A DNA stretch of 64,000 bases, taken from Macrostomum lignano (Eukaryota). Shown piece by piece: positions 52,103-64,000 of this stretch. Below the pieces are notes generated by a model, which saw only the letters and a program-made list of their open reading frames with translations, did no database searches and was not told the origin of the DNA. The stretch is taken from positions 496,001 through 560,000 of the forward strand of contig NIVC01000412.1 in NCBI GenBank assembly GCA_002269645.1, given 5' to 3'. Numbering within the stretch: position 1 is the first letter of the stretch; every line of letters begins with the position of its first letter. A program made the translations under genes and the position numbers.

Positions 52103-52500
52103 TGCCAATCTACCTGTCAATCTACCTGCCAATCTACCTGCCAATCTACCTGCCAATCTACCTGCCAATCTACCTGTCAATCTACCTGCCAATCTACCTG
52201 CCAATCTACCTGCCAATCTACCTGCCAATCTACCTGCCAATCTACCTGTCAATCTACCTGCCAATCTACCTGTCAATCTACCTGCCAATCTACCTGCCAA
52301 TCTACCTGCCAATCTACCTGTCAATCTACCTGTCAATCTACCTGCCAATCTACCTGCCAATCTACCTGCCAATCTTACCTGCCAATCTACCTGCCAATCT
52401 ACCTGCCAATCTACCTGCCAATCTACCTATCAATCTGCTTATTAATCTACCTATCAATCTACCAAACAATCTACCTATCATCTACCTGTCAATCTACCTA
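52103..52500. repeat. 12-bp minisatellite (CCAATCTACCTG)n
   Basis: Direct inspection. Confidence 0.95.
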
Positions 52501-53254
52501 TCAACCTACTAATCAATCTACCTGTAAATTTACTTATAATTCCACCTAACAGTCTACTTATCAATCTACCTATCAGTCTGCCTATATATCTAACTACCAG
52601 TCTATCGATATCTGCAAATAAATATCTACCAGTTTTTCTAAATCCCACACGAATTTCTAAATTCAAAATCATTTCCTTATAGCCCAGTCTCAATAAATGC
52701 TTTCACAGTGTTTCCACAGTCACACCTGTTAGGTCCGCAATTTCAGGGCAGTTCCACATGGAAAGAACAAAGAGCCTCATCGCTTGGCACAACAGAAATC
52801 CTGAATATTGATTGCCAAAGAAGCCCCAAAGCAATCTTTCCTTCTCTTTCGGGAACAACTTTTTCTCTTAAATAAAACAACAAAAAAGTTCTCCACCGTT
52901 TTGTTCCACCGACCAAAAGCTGGTGGCAGTCAGGCACGCCCGGCTCAGTCAGTCCTGAGCGGGCTTAAGCCGATGATGCGGTGGGAGAATTCTTCCCACA
53001 CTGCCAGCAGGTACTCAAACTCCTAACACTCGCAGGAAATGAGGTAGCAAGTAAAAACTTTCTCTGCTCTGCGCGAAAGCGGATTTGCAACGGTGACTGC
53101 CGCCCCATTGTCCTTGCCTCATGAGGCGTCGTGGACTGCTGCAACATAGCTTCAGAGTCAACCCCACCCTGCCATCAGTCGTGTTTATAGAAATCCCTTT
53201 TATGAGATCCGCAGTTCCTGAGCAGCTTTCTCTGCCAAACTCTCTCCCCAACTG

Positions 53255-53822
53255 TCTCTTCTCTCCTTCTCACTGTCTCTTCTCTCCTTCTCACTGTCTC
53301 TTCTCTCCTTCACACTGTCTCTTCTCTCCTTCTCACTGTCTCTTCTCTCCTTCTCACTGTCTCTTCTCTCCTTCACACTGTCTCTTCTCTCCTTCTCACT
53401 CTCTTCTCCCCTTCTCACTGTCTCCTCTCTCCTTCTCATGGTCTCTTCTCCCCTTCCCACTGTCCCATATCCACCTGACACGGTCTCATATCTACCACAG
53501 CACTGTCTCATATCTACCTCAGCACTGTCTCATATCTACCTCAGCACTGTCTCATATCTACCTCAGCACTGTCTCATATCTACCTCAACACTGTCTTATA
53601 TCTATCTCAGCACTGTCTCATATCTACCCCAACACTGTCTCATATCTACCTCAGCACTGTCTCATATCTACCTCAGCACTGTCTCATATCTACCTCAACA
53701 CTGTCTTATATCTATCTCAGCACTGTCTCATATCTACCCCAACACTGTCTCATATCTACCTCAGCACTGTCTCATATCTACCTCAACACTGTCTCATATC
53801 TACCTCAGCACTGTCTCATATC
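53255..53822. repeat. Adjacent related 21-bp (CACTGTCTCTTCTCTCCTTCT) and 22-bp (CACTGTCTCATATCTACCTCAG) tandem arrays
   Basis: Direct inspection; shared CACTGTCTC head. Confidence 0.9.
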
Positions 53823-54574
53823 TCCTCAAACCTGTCCCATCCAAACTCATAAAAAACGCAGGCTAGCATGCTACGAAGTGCAAATTTCATATTTTTATTA
53901 TGAAATATTTAAAATACGCATAGAATATTGTAAGACCCAATAACATACTATTAGTAGCACAGAATGCTTATTGAAATGCAAAGGTGGATTAATTTTAGCT
54001 CAGTTTCGAATCTGAAAAAAACTCGGACACAGCATCAGCCAACTTACTGCGACCTCGACCTGCAGAAACTCCTGGATCCCCTGTGGTACATTTTTAGCTG
54101 GGATATTCTTTGTCAGCAAATGTGATTTAAATAATAATTAAAAGTTCAAGTGCGAGGCTTTATGTAGAAGTATAAAAACAGTTGCTAAGTTTTGCTGCAA
54201 AATAAATTGCGCTGTCTCACTGCATTTATAGCCACAGTTTCACTGCAGGCCTCCATAGCGAGAGAGAAGAGAGAAGAGGACGGGGCCAAGGTTCAGAACA
54301 TTTTTCCTTCCCGACTTTTGCTTCCGACTTATCGATGCACTGCAGGCTGGGGGGGGGGGGGTTGGTGAATTGCCTCGGGCGCAAGTATTCCGGCCAGAGA
54401 GTCGCCTGTCTGTCCGGCGGCGCCGCGGCCGAATCAATTGGGTATGTTTTATTAACACTTCTGGCTAGCTGGATGGGGAATTCTGTATATTGTCGCTGTC
54501 TGCGGAGACTGCGGGCCGGCCACTGGCTGGAATGAACTGGAAATGGAGAGGACAGATTTGAAAAAGAGGCATAG

Positions 54575-55000
54575 ACAAGGAGATAGAGAGGGAGACAGAG
54601 AGGGAGACAGAGAGGGAGACAGAGAGGGAGACAGAGAGGGAGACAGAGAGGGAGACAGAGAGGGAGACAGAGAGGGAGACACTGAAAGACAGAGGGAGAC
54701 AGAGAGGGTGACAGAGAGGGAGACAGAGGGGGATACAGAGGGGGAGACAGAGAGGGTGACAGAGAGGGTGACAGAGAGGGGGACAGAGAGGGTGACAGAG
54801 AGGGAGACAGAGAGGGAGACACTGAAAGACAGAGGGAGACAGAGAGGGTGACAGAGAGGGAGACAGAGGGGGTGACAGAGAGGGAGACAGAGAGGGAGAC
54901 AGAGAGGGAGACAGAGAGGGAGACAGAGAGGGTGACAGAGAGGGAGACAGAGAGGGTGACAAAGAGGGAGACAGAGAGGGTGACAGAGAGGGAGACAGTC
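54575..55000. repeat. 12-bp repeat (GAGAGGG(A/T)GACA)n
   Basis: Direct inspection. Confidence 0.95.
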
Positions 55001-55244
55001 AGGGACAGACACAGGGAGGCTGCATGCACATAGAAGTGAAGTCAGCAAGTTGTCTCTCCGTTGCAATGTAAATCTGCAGCAACATGTAAATAGCAGGCTG
55101 CAAAACAAGCCTTATATATTACTGTAATGCCAGGCGAAGTCAAGGTAGGCAGCGTCAGGGACAGCTCAGGAAATTTCTCCAAGACGCAGCAGCTGGATTT
55201 GTGCTTCGTTGGGGAGGACAGTTGAGGATAATTATGGGAAACAG

Positions 55245-55316
55245 GCCCTAGAAACAGGCCCGGCCCTAGAAACAGGCCCGGCCCTAGAAACAGGCCCGGC
55301 CCTAGAAACAGGCCCT
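55245..55316. repeat. 18-bp repeat (CCCTAGAAACAGGCCCGG), ~4 copies
   Basis: Direct inspection. Confidence 0.85.
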
Positions 55317-55449
55317 GCTGCGGCAGCTGATGCCCGAGTGAGCTCAAATTGCAGCCGAAGCCCAGATCCATATTGCGTCACGCAACATCATTTTCAATAA
55401 ATTACTGGATGCACTGATGAGAACAGCTCACGGATGTCTGGCCTCTGTC

Positions 55450-56005
55450 TGAGAATCTCACCTCAGACTTGAGAATCCCATCTAAGACTTAAGAATCCCA
55501 TCTCAGGTTTGAGAATCCCACCTCAGGTTTGAGAATCCCATCTCAAATTTGAGAATCCCATCTCAGGTTTGAGAATCCCATCTCAGGTTTGAGAATCCCA
55601 TCTCAGACTTGAGAATCCCATATCAGGTTTGAGAATCCCATTTCAGACTTGAGAATCCCATCTCAGGTTTGAGAATCCCATTTCAGACTTGAGAATCCCA
55701 TCTCAGGTTTGAGAATCCGATCTCAGGTTTGAGAATCCCATCTCAGGTTTGTGAATCCCATCTCAGGTTTGTGAATCCCATCTCAGGTTTGAGAATCCCA
55801 TCTCAGACTTGAGAATCCCATCTCAGGTTTGTGAATCCCATCTCAGGTTTGTGAATCCCATCTCAGGTTTTTGAATCCCATCTCAGGTTTGAGAATCCCA
55901 TCTCAGGTTTGAGAATCCCATCTCAGGTTTGAGAATCCCATCTCAGGTTTGAGAATCCCATCTCAGGTTTGAGAATCCCATCTCAGACTTGAGAATCCCA
56001 TCTCA
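55450..56005. repeat. 20-bp minisatellite (GAGAATCCCATCTCAGGTTT)n, ~27 copies; each unit can form a TGAGA/TCTCA hairpin
   Basis: Direct inspection. Confidence 0.95.
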
Positions 56006-56049
56006 GGAGCAAAATAAAATGAGTAAAAATTTTCAGACTTTATTCTCAC

Positions 56050-56267
56050 TTGGCCGCAGAGTCGCTCGGGGTGACCTGAATTCTCGGCGTGCTGATGATC
56101 ACGTTACGAAACATGGAGCCAGTGCCACCGACGCCCCCGCCTCCGCTCCCGGCCGCCCCCGAGGACTGCTGACTCTGCCGGCGGTACAGCGCGTGGTCCG
56201 AGTGGCGCCTCTCGCAGCCGCCTCCCCCCGCGCCACCGGCGCCACTTGGGAGAGCCAAGTGGCCCTG
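56050..56267 (-). CDS. Probable further 5' exon of PDE4 (QGHLALPSGAGG...ERRHSDHALYRRQSQQ...TPRIQVTPSDSAA)
   Basis: GC-rich open frame; NAGNAG acceptor CGCAG|CAG|; donor AA|GTGAGA in phase 2, compatible with exon 36430; RRHS and RRQS motifs. Linkage to PDE4 is inference. Confidence 0.5.
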
Positions 56268-56271
56268 CTGC

Positions 56272-56493
56272 GTGTGGGATTTGAGTTCGTGTGGGATTTG
56301 AGTTCGTGTGGGATTCGAGTTTGTGTGGGATTTGAGTTTGTGTGGGATTTGAGTTTGTGTGGGATTTGAGTTTGTGTGGGATTTGAGTTTGTGTGGGATT
56401 TGAGTTTGTGTGGGATTTGAGTTTGTGTGGGATTTGAGTTTGTGTGGGATTTGAGTTCGTGTGGGATTTGAGTTCGTGTGGGATTTGAGTTCA
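56272..56493. repeat. 17-bp repeat (GTGTGGGATTTGAGTTT)n, ~13 copies
   Basis: Direct inspection. Confidence 0.95.
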
Positions 56494-57194
56494 CTAATAT
56501 TTTTTCAATAAACATGGGAAAATAGTTGGGATCATAATTTGAAGACTAAGCACATCAACATGAGTTATGGGAAATCTAATAAGATTTTTACAATCATAGA
56601 TTTTGCGCTTGCAACGGCAGTAAATAATAATTAGGGGATCTTTCCCTTTTGCCAGGCGTGGCCCCTGAACTTCTGGACTTGATCGATAACAGGAAAAGCT
56701 TGGGATATTTGCTAATGGAATCGGCGGCATTCCACCCCCCCCACCCATTATCGAAGGCAGGCTGGGCAGGAAATCCAGATTCTGGGTTGAGCACGGAAGC
56801 TGCTGGTCAAAGTTTCGGGCAATATTTCATATCCAGTCATAAATAACTAGTACCGATGATGCCCACCTATGCTCTGCTTGAGTCGTTTTATCTCACAGCA
56901 TCCAGACAGCATGGGGGATTTGAGCTCCCCGTCTTGAGGGATTTGAGATTCGACGCACCCCTCTCTAAGGATTAAGACTGCTCAAATGGGTCGTTTTCCC
57001 TGGATTTCGCACCCCTACAAAATCCATATTTTGGTGTAATCGGAGTACTTTGTCACCCTTTTGCCCCGACAATGTTTGCAATCACAGAAAATGTTTACCT
57101 TTTAAGAACGTATTTCTTATCTACTATAGCAAGCAATTCTACTCGTACCCTGTCTATCTAATTCTGCTCCACCGGCCCCGGCGCCTTAGGGGCC

Positions 57195-58080
57195 TCTCTC
57201 ATCTCTCCTCTCCTATCTCTCATCTCTCATCTCTCCTCTCATATCTCTCATCTCTCATCTCTCTCTCATCTCTCCTCTCCTATCTCTCATCTCTCATCTC
57301 TCCTCTCCTATCTCTCATCTCTCATCTCTCCTCTCCTATCTCTCATCTCTCATCTCTCCTCTCCTATCTCTCATCTCTCATCTCTCCTCTCCTATCTCTC
57401 ATCTCTCATCTCTCCTCTCCTATCTCTCATCTCTCATCTCTCCTCTCCTATCTCTCATCTCTCATCTCTCCTCTCCTATCTCTCATCTCTCATCTCTCTC
57501 TCTCTCATCTCTCTCTCATCTCTCTCATCTCTCATCTCTCCTCTCCTATCTGTAATCTCTCCTCTCCCATCTCTCATCTCTCATCTCTCCTCTCCTATCG
57601 CTCATCTCTCATCTCCCAGCTCTCCACTCCTATCTCTTCTCTCTCCTCTCTCCTCTCTCCTCTCTCCTCCCTCCTCTCTCCTCTCTCCTCTCTCCTCTCT
57701 TCTCTCTTCTCTCTTCTCTCTCCTCTCTTTTCTCTTCTCTCTCCTCTCTTTTCTCTTCTCTCTCCTCTCTCGTCTCTTCTCTCTCCTCTCTCCTCTCTCC
57801 TCTCTCCTCTCTCCTCTCTCCTCTCTCCTCTCTCCTCTCTCCTCTCTCCTCTCTCCTCTCTCCTCTCTCCTCTCTCCTCTCTTCTCTCTTCTCTCTTCTC
57901 TCTCGTCTCTTTTCTCTCGTCTCTCTTCTCTTCTCTCTCGTCTCTTCTCTCTCGTCTCTCCTCTCTCCTCTCTCCTCTCTTCTCTCTCCTCTCTCGTCTC
58001 TTCTCTCTCATTTCTCCTCCCATCTCTCTCCTCACTCATTTCTTCTCTCTCGTTTCTCGACTCTCGTCTCTCTCCTCTCT
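57195..58080. repeat. CT-rich satellite / low-complexity tract
   Basis: Direct inspection. Confidence 0.95.
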
Positions 58081-58644
58081 TACTTTCCCATCGCTCGTTC
58101 CTCTTCTAAGAGAATTCCCTTCTTAGCTCTCATTCCTCTCCCCTCATCTTTTCTGGCATTTCACATTTGAATTTTGTCACTTCTGTTCAAGTAAACTATA
58201 TAATACCATATGTTGCTGTTCCTTTACTGGAGAGTTCGTTTTCAAACTTGGTGTTTTTCGGAATCGGCAATAATAGTACTTGCTGCCAATGATTTCGCTT
58301 GACTGATAATTTTGCTCTATTTATGCGCAAATCAATGCCGAACGGAAATGAATATTTCGACTATTTTATTCCAAGTCACGCGCGGGATTTCTTTCAGATG
58401 CGTTGCTGTCGCCTGAGTTCGCTTCCTTCCCGAGCCGCATTTGATGAAGAAGATGATGAGTCGGAGCAGAGGCAGAGGTGACAGGAAGCAGGGAGAGAAA
58501 AACGTGATTAACAACAGAAAACGTTTGAGAGCGTTGCTAAGGTTACCCATAGGTGTCACTTTTACAAGATCAAAACTTGCAATTCGAGCTTATGAAGTTT
58601 TGAGCTTGAGATGTTTTGAGTGGATAAAGTTCGGGATTGTGAGG

Positions 58645-59095
58645 TATCGAGTTTGGGAAGTTTCGAGTTTGGGAAGTTTCGAGTTTGGGAAGTTTCGAGT
58701 TTGGAAGTTTCGAGTTTGGGAAGTTTCGAGTTTGGGAAGTTTCGAGTTTGGGAAGTTTCGAGTTTGGGAAGTTTCGAGTTTGGGAAGTTTCGAGTTTGGA
58801 AGTTTCGTGTTTGGGAAGTTTCGAGTTTGGGAAGTTTCGAGTTTGGGAAGTTTCGAGTTTGGGAAGTTTCGAGTTTGGGAAGTTTCGAGTTTGGGAAGTT
58901 TCGAGTTTGGAAGTTTCGAGTTTGGGAAGTTTCGAATTTGGGAAGTTTCGAATTTGGGAGTTTCGAGTTTGGGATGTTTCGAGTTTGGGAAGTTTCGAGT
59001 TTGGGAAGTTTCGAGTTTGGGAAGTTTCGTGTTTGGGAAGTTTCGAGTTTGGGAATTTTCGAGTTTGGGAAGTTTCGAGTTTGGGAAGTTTCGAC
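58645..59095. repeat. 16-bp minisatellite (GGGAAGTTTCGAGTTT)n
   Basis: Period 16, with some 15-bp units. Confidence 0.95.
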
Positions 59096-59964
59096 CTTAA
59101 AAGCTTTGTTTTAAACGACAATGTCTTGCTTACGCAAAAAAGACAAAATACTCTTGCCTATTAATTAGCCTTTCAGCAGAGAACCAATGACGCAAAACTC
59201 ACTCTCACTGATCCGTCCATGGCTTGCACGTTTGGAAAAAAAACTGTTCGCTTGCTGCTCCTGTCCGGCTTCGAATGCAAATTAGCACTGCGCCCCCTCT
59301 TCTCTTACAGGGCATATAAATATGCGCTCGAGATGGAATGGGATTGGCCAGGGGCTACTCGGGATGCGAGTCTTCAAACTGATGCATATCTACAATTCAT
59401 ATGTGCTGCTATAAGGATCCCGGCAGCCAATTGCCATGCGCGTGATGGCGACTGGAACAGGTCTTGAAGGATAGGTCTTGAGAGAAAGTAAGACTTACAG
59501 AGGGGTGTACTTACAGCTACAGAAGATGCACAACTTTCTCTCTATTTGCATTGCCAAGCAAAAACTCAAGAAAATTCTTGAGTCGAAGAAAAGATTCAAG
59601 TGAAATTGGCAGGAGCGAATGAGCTCGAGCACTTTCTTGACGATATTGCATAAAAGCCTCAAGTGGTAGCGCAATTATAGCCTTGCGTGCGTTTGGGCAC
59701 TTATGAGCCATTGACGAACATGGGCTGAGATCTCTATAGAGCACTTCTAATAGTCATTATATTCATGCATAGTGCATAGGGGCAGCACTTGCTTGCATAT
59801 CTGAGTCAGTTCTTTTTGCGTTCCTAAAATTCCATTGCCCACTCAAAAATTCAACTTAATATTCAAGCTAATTGAGAGTCAGGTCGATGATGCTTCAGCT
59901 CAAAAAGGGGAGGCACCCACTTGTAAGCCGCTTTTAACCTCAACTTTTAGATCTAGACGGTAGC

Positions 59965-60390
59965 ATCAGCTATTTTAGACATTGGCGCCAAACTCCATAT
60001 GGAAGCATAAGCTATTTTAGACATTGGCGCCAAACTCCATATGGAAGCATAAGCTACTTTAGACATTGGCGCCAAACTCCATATGGAAGCATAAGCTACT
60101 TTAGACATTGGCGCCAAACTCCATATGGAAGCATAAGCTATTTTAGACATTGGCGCCAAACTCCAGACGGAAGCAGAAGCTACTTTAGACATTGGCGCCA
60201 AACTCCAGACGGAAGCATAAGCTACTTTAGACATTGGCGCCAAACTCCAGATGGAAGCATAAGCTACTTTAGACATTGACGCCAAACTCCAGATGGAAGC
60301 ATAAGCTACTTTAGACATTGGCGCCAAACTCCAAATGGAAGCATATTCTACTTTAGACCTTGGCGCCAAACTCTAAATGGAAGCAGAAGC
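59965..60390. repeat. 42-bp tandem repeat, ~10 copies, containing the palindrome TTGGCGCCAA
   Basis: 14-aa periodicity (APMSKVAYASIWSL) in the ORF track. Confidence 0.93.
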
Positions 60391-61800
60391 TAATGGGTGT
60401 TGGCGGTAAATTCTATACAAAAGCGTTTTCAACAGAAGCACTATCTAATTTCTGGCAGATGCGCAAATTCAACCGATTCATCCTTTGGCTTTTTTCAATT
60501 CTTTCAAAAATGCTTATTTAAATCCCCACTTTGAAATATGCACCAGAGTTTTGAAGATATCATCAGGTCCCACAACCGTCTAAGCCAGCTAAACATCTCA
60601 AATTCCTAAAGATAACGCATTTGCTCGCTTGGTTTATCATTGCCAAACATCAGATTGTTGCAGACCAAGAGCCTTTATTTAAATTTGCAATAAATTTTAC
60701 ACAATGGCCTGTTTTTGTAGATAAAAGTACGTACGAAATTTCCCTCGGTTTGTTTTGCAAGGAGAAAGTCTTTTTGGCTTTAGTCTGGTTTGCTGTTTAT
60801 ATAAGTCCACCGTCAACCCTTTACATATAGCGTCTGACTGGCCAAAGTGGATGACTCATGCTTTCTGGTAGTCTATTTTTAGCACAGATTAATCACGTGA
60901 TTTGCAAGCACGCAACCGATGCGTGGCAATCGACCTTGTATAAGGCATAAGACGCACGATTTTTAGAAGTCTAGGTTCCCAAATGATGATCACGTGATTA
61001 AGTGGCACACAATGATTTCTTGTCAGATGATAACTTTTCTCGGAGCTCAAGGTCATTTGACTTCACAGCTTTACAAGTCGCAGTCGCTTGCAATCGCAGC
61101 ATAATTCTATTTGACTTAGCTTTATTAGTACCCAGCACATCGCAGTCACAGATTCCCTGGGGCAATTTGACCTGGCGATGCAGTTACCCAATGTCAAGGA
61201 TAAAACTATTCCCAAGAGCACTTAGACCAGACCAAACTCAACTCACCTACCTAGCAATACAAAGTCATCTCGATTGGCTCAGCCTAATCTCCATAGCTAC
61301 TAAAAAATTAGCACTCAATTTACTAGTTATATGCTCGTCGTATTTTAGCACTCAAAACCCAGTTACGAGCATAGCAACTCCATTAACGAAAGCTACTGTA
61401 GTAAGCAAACTACTGTAATAAGCTAAAAAGCGAGACTGAAGCCGGGTCGGGAGTCTTCTTGGCAACAACCGCAAGGTCGCGTCCCCGACTAATGTAGTCA
61501 AGCCTCCAATTTGCATATGAAGATGTTGTATGTTTTTTTTATTAGCATTTGCATTAATTAATTCTCTTAATTCCTACTGCAAGTCACTCTGTCTCTCTGC
61601 TCTCCATCGACGAGGGGTGTCCAAAAAGTAGTGATACGATTGTACTTTTGCCTACGGATTTCTCATATACATCTCCATCAAATTTCCTTTGGATCAATTG
61701 CATCTCTGCCAAGTTTCATTTCAAGGTCATGCTCAAAAGTGCTGCTAGGGATCTTCTTTGATATTCTCTTACAACCCTTTTTGTTCCATTATAGGCCTAA

Positions 61801-62370
61801 GTGCTCTCGTAGCCTGGTGGCTAGAGCGTCTGACTCACGACTGAGAGGCCAAGGGTTCGATTCCCTACCCACTCGGAACAATTTGTGTCCTTGAGCAAGG
61901 CACTTAACTCTGCATTGCTTCAGTTCACCCAGCTGTGAAATGGGTGCCAGACAGGCGCGTCGCCACCGGGGGGGGGGCATGTCCCCCCAATGTCAATGCT
62001 TTGTCCCCCACCCTACCTTGGGAGTCGTTGTGGTAATCAATAATTTTTCTTCAGGGCGCCAAAACGAGTGCCTGCGGCGCCAAAATGAGTGCCTGCGGCG
62101 CTAAAAGGAATGCCTGCGGCGTCAAAATGAGTGCCAAAATTTAGTCATGTACATTTACATGTTGAATTCTTGGCATTGTCCCCCACCATAAAATCCATGG
62201 CGACGCCCCTGGTGCCAGCATTAGCTGGGGTAATTGAGGCTGTGTGTGGCGACCTCCCAGTTCATGGACTGAACAGCCGTACGCAGCCTTCAGATGCGCC
62301 GCGCAATAGCAGCGGCTGAGCTGTCGGTTGCACATCTGCCCATTAGGACAAGTGTAATAAAGTATTACCG
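61801..62370 (+). mobile_element. tRNA-derived SINE with a CORE-like central domain, interrupted by a hAT MITE
   Basis: tRNA-like head with A box (TGGCTAGAGCG) and B box (GGTTCGATTCC), then TGTGTCCTTGAGCAAGGCACTTAAC...CAGTTCACCCAGCTGTGAAATGGG, resembling the MIR/CORE domain. 3' boundary approximate. Confidence 0.75.
61952..62211. mobile_element. 260-bp hAT-type MITE inserted in the SINE
   Basis: TIRs CAGGCGCGTCGCCA / TGGCGACGCCCCTG; 8-bp TSD GTGCCAGA / GTGCCAGC; internal GGCGCCAAAA-type repeats. Confidence 0.85.
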
Positions 62371-63134
62371 TGGTATGCGAAATAATTAAGCACCACTTCT
62401 TGTTAAATTAACATACACACGAAAGTTTTTAGTAAAATAAACGACAAGATTTTCTACTTTTTGGACACCTCTCATATCCTATCTCACTAATATCTAATCT
62501 ATAATCTCTATCTCTAATTTCTTTTCCTCAACCTGATTGGGCAGCAGTTTAGAATGTTTTTCCTGCCGAGACTGTGGGTGCGGCAATGCACTTTCCAGCT
62601 CGTACTTTGGCCAAATGTTTCTTTGAAGCAGAAAGCAAGCTCTCTTTGACAGCTCTGCAGCATGATTGATCGCTTCAGTCGCGACTCTCGAAAGTCCTGC
62701 CTGGGCTATCGGGTTACTGTAGGCTGCGCCGAGATTCTCAGGTTCCAAACGTTTGCCGAGTTCGAGACCGATTTTGTTTACACGTTTGATTTTTTGTAAG
62801 ACACAACAGTAGAAGTACTTAATTACGGGAAACTGTCGGGCATTGGATGCACTTTAGTGTGTAATACCTTTCTAGATTTTGCCAACCGGATACTTCGATT
62901 CGAATTGGTCTAATAGAGGAAGTTTTAGAAACTTCACTGTGTTACTATGAGTATTTTCATTTAATATGATGGATAGAAGATTCATAGGTGGAATTGCGGA
63001 TTCAACTTTTTCTTTGTTACTACTTCAAGTATTGAAAGTAGCAATATAAGCCTATTGTAGCTTTGATTAAAAAATGACTGAAAAGAATCAAAACGATACA
63101 ACAGACAGACACTAATACGGACGCTTGGCAAGAC

Positions 63135-63995
63135 ATTGAGACAGACACTGAGACAGGCACTAAGACAGGCACTGAGACAGACACTGAGACAGACACTGAG
63201 ACAGACACTGAGACAGACACTAAGACAGGCACTGAGACAGGCACTAAGACAGACACTGAGACAGGCACTGAGACAGGCACTGAGACAGGCACTGAGACAG
63301 GCACTGAGACAGGCACTGAGACAGGCACTAAGACAGACACTGAGACAGGCACTGAGACAGACACTGAGACAGACACTGAGACAGGCACTAAGACAGGCAC
63401 TGAGACAGACACTGAGACAGGCACTAAGACAGGCACTGAGACAGACACTGAGACAGGCACTAAGACAGACACTGAGACAGGCACTGAGACAGACACTGAG
63501 ACAGACACTGAGACAGACACTAAGACAGACACTGAGACAGGCACTAAGACAGACACTGAGACAGACACTGAGACAGGCACTGAGACAGGCACTGAGACAG
63601 GCACTGAGACAGGCACTGAGACAGGCACTGAGACAGGCACTGAGACAGGCACTAAGACAGACACTGAGACAGGCACTGAGACAGGCACTGAGACAGGCAC
63701 TAAGACAGACACTGAGACAGGCACTGAGACAGGCACTGAGACAGGCACTAAGACAGGCACTGAGACAGGCACTGAGACAGACACTGAGACAGGCACTGAG
63801 ACGGGCACTGAGACAGGCACTGAGACAGGCACTGAGACAGGCACTGAGACAGGCACTGAGACAGGCACTAAGACAGACACTAAGACAGGCACTGAGACAG
63901 GCACTGAGACAGGCACTAAGACAGGCACTGAGACAGGCACTGAGACAGGCACTAAGACAGGCACTGAGACAGGCACTGAGACAGGCACTGTAAGA
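63135..63995. repeat. 12-bp minisatellite (GCACTGAGACAG)n, reaching to near the window end
   Basis: Direct inspection. Confidence 0.97.
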
Positions 63996-64000
63996 CATGC

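Larger units (their letters stand above)
61611..62474. mobile_element. Tc1/mariner-type non-autonomous element hosting nested insertions
   Basis: 21-bp TIRs CGAGGGGTGTCCAAAAAGTAG / CTACTTTTTGGACACCTCTCA (2 mismatches). TA on the right; the left flank reads GA. Confidence 0.75.

Noticed and set aside
53015-53251. SRESFYL resemblance to the PDE4 RRESF motif
   Set aside because: Short chance match with no flanking similarity and no compatible splice donor.
54226-54535. GC-rich open frames (SLRRQRQYTEFP...) that look exon-like
   Set aside because: Acceptors exist but I could not find a convincing donor or phase-consistent chain; left uncalled.
61002-61418. 138-aa plus-strand ORF
   Set aside because: GTG start, no domain, no splice or compositional support.
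61801-61876. Possible functional tRNA (Arg/Trp-like stem, CAC loop)
   Set aside because: Anticodon and acceptor stems do not pair and the sequence runs straight into a CORE-like domain; it is a SINE head.
62531-62830. Minus-strand open frame ending CAG|GTTGAG (phase 0) that could feed exon 56267
   Set aside because: No ATG or clear acceptor and no recognisable homology; too speculative.

Overview
Eukaryotic (invertebrate animal) genomic DNA. There is no sign of prokaryotic operons, rRNA, intact tRNA or CRISPR arrays. Four intron-containing genes can be assembled by eye with phase-consistent GT-AG junctions, all on the minus strand: (1) Tousled-like kinase (exons 4803-1075; its 3' end lies left of the window); (2) an atypical Rab/Ras-like small GTPase (17618-14217); (3) a 217-aa secreted cysteine-rich protein (21077-18591); (4) a PDE4/dunce cAMP phosphodiesterase, with core exons at 36430-24576 and a stack of alternative phase-2 5' exons out to at least 50.7 kb and probably 56.3 kb. 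A possible 85-aa plus-strand small ORF lies at 12515-12772. A large part of the window is tandem repeat: nearly every large intron holds its own private micro- or minisatellite, often reaching to within a few nt of a splice site, and most long ORFs in the supplied track are translation artefacts of these repeats. Mobile elements include a decayed DD34D mariner with a nested MITE, hAT-type non-autonomous elements, a triple nest (mariner-type MITE > CORE-SINE > hAT MITE), TA-flanked MITEs, and three copies of a Helitron-like element carrying an 18-bp minisatellite. A free-living flatworm such as Macrostomum would fit the repeat-stuffed introns and the splice acceptors just before start codons, but that assignment is only inference. 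All coordinates were read by eye; repeat boundaries and copy numbers are approximate.
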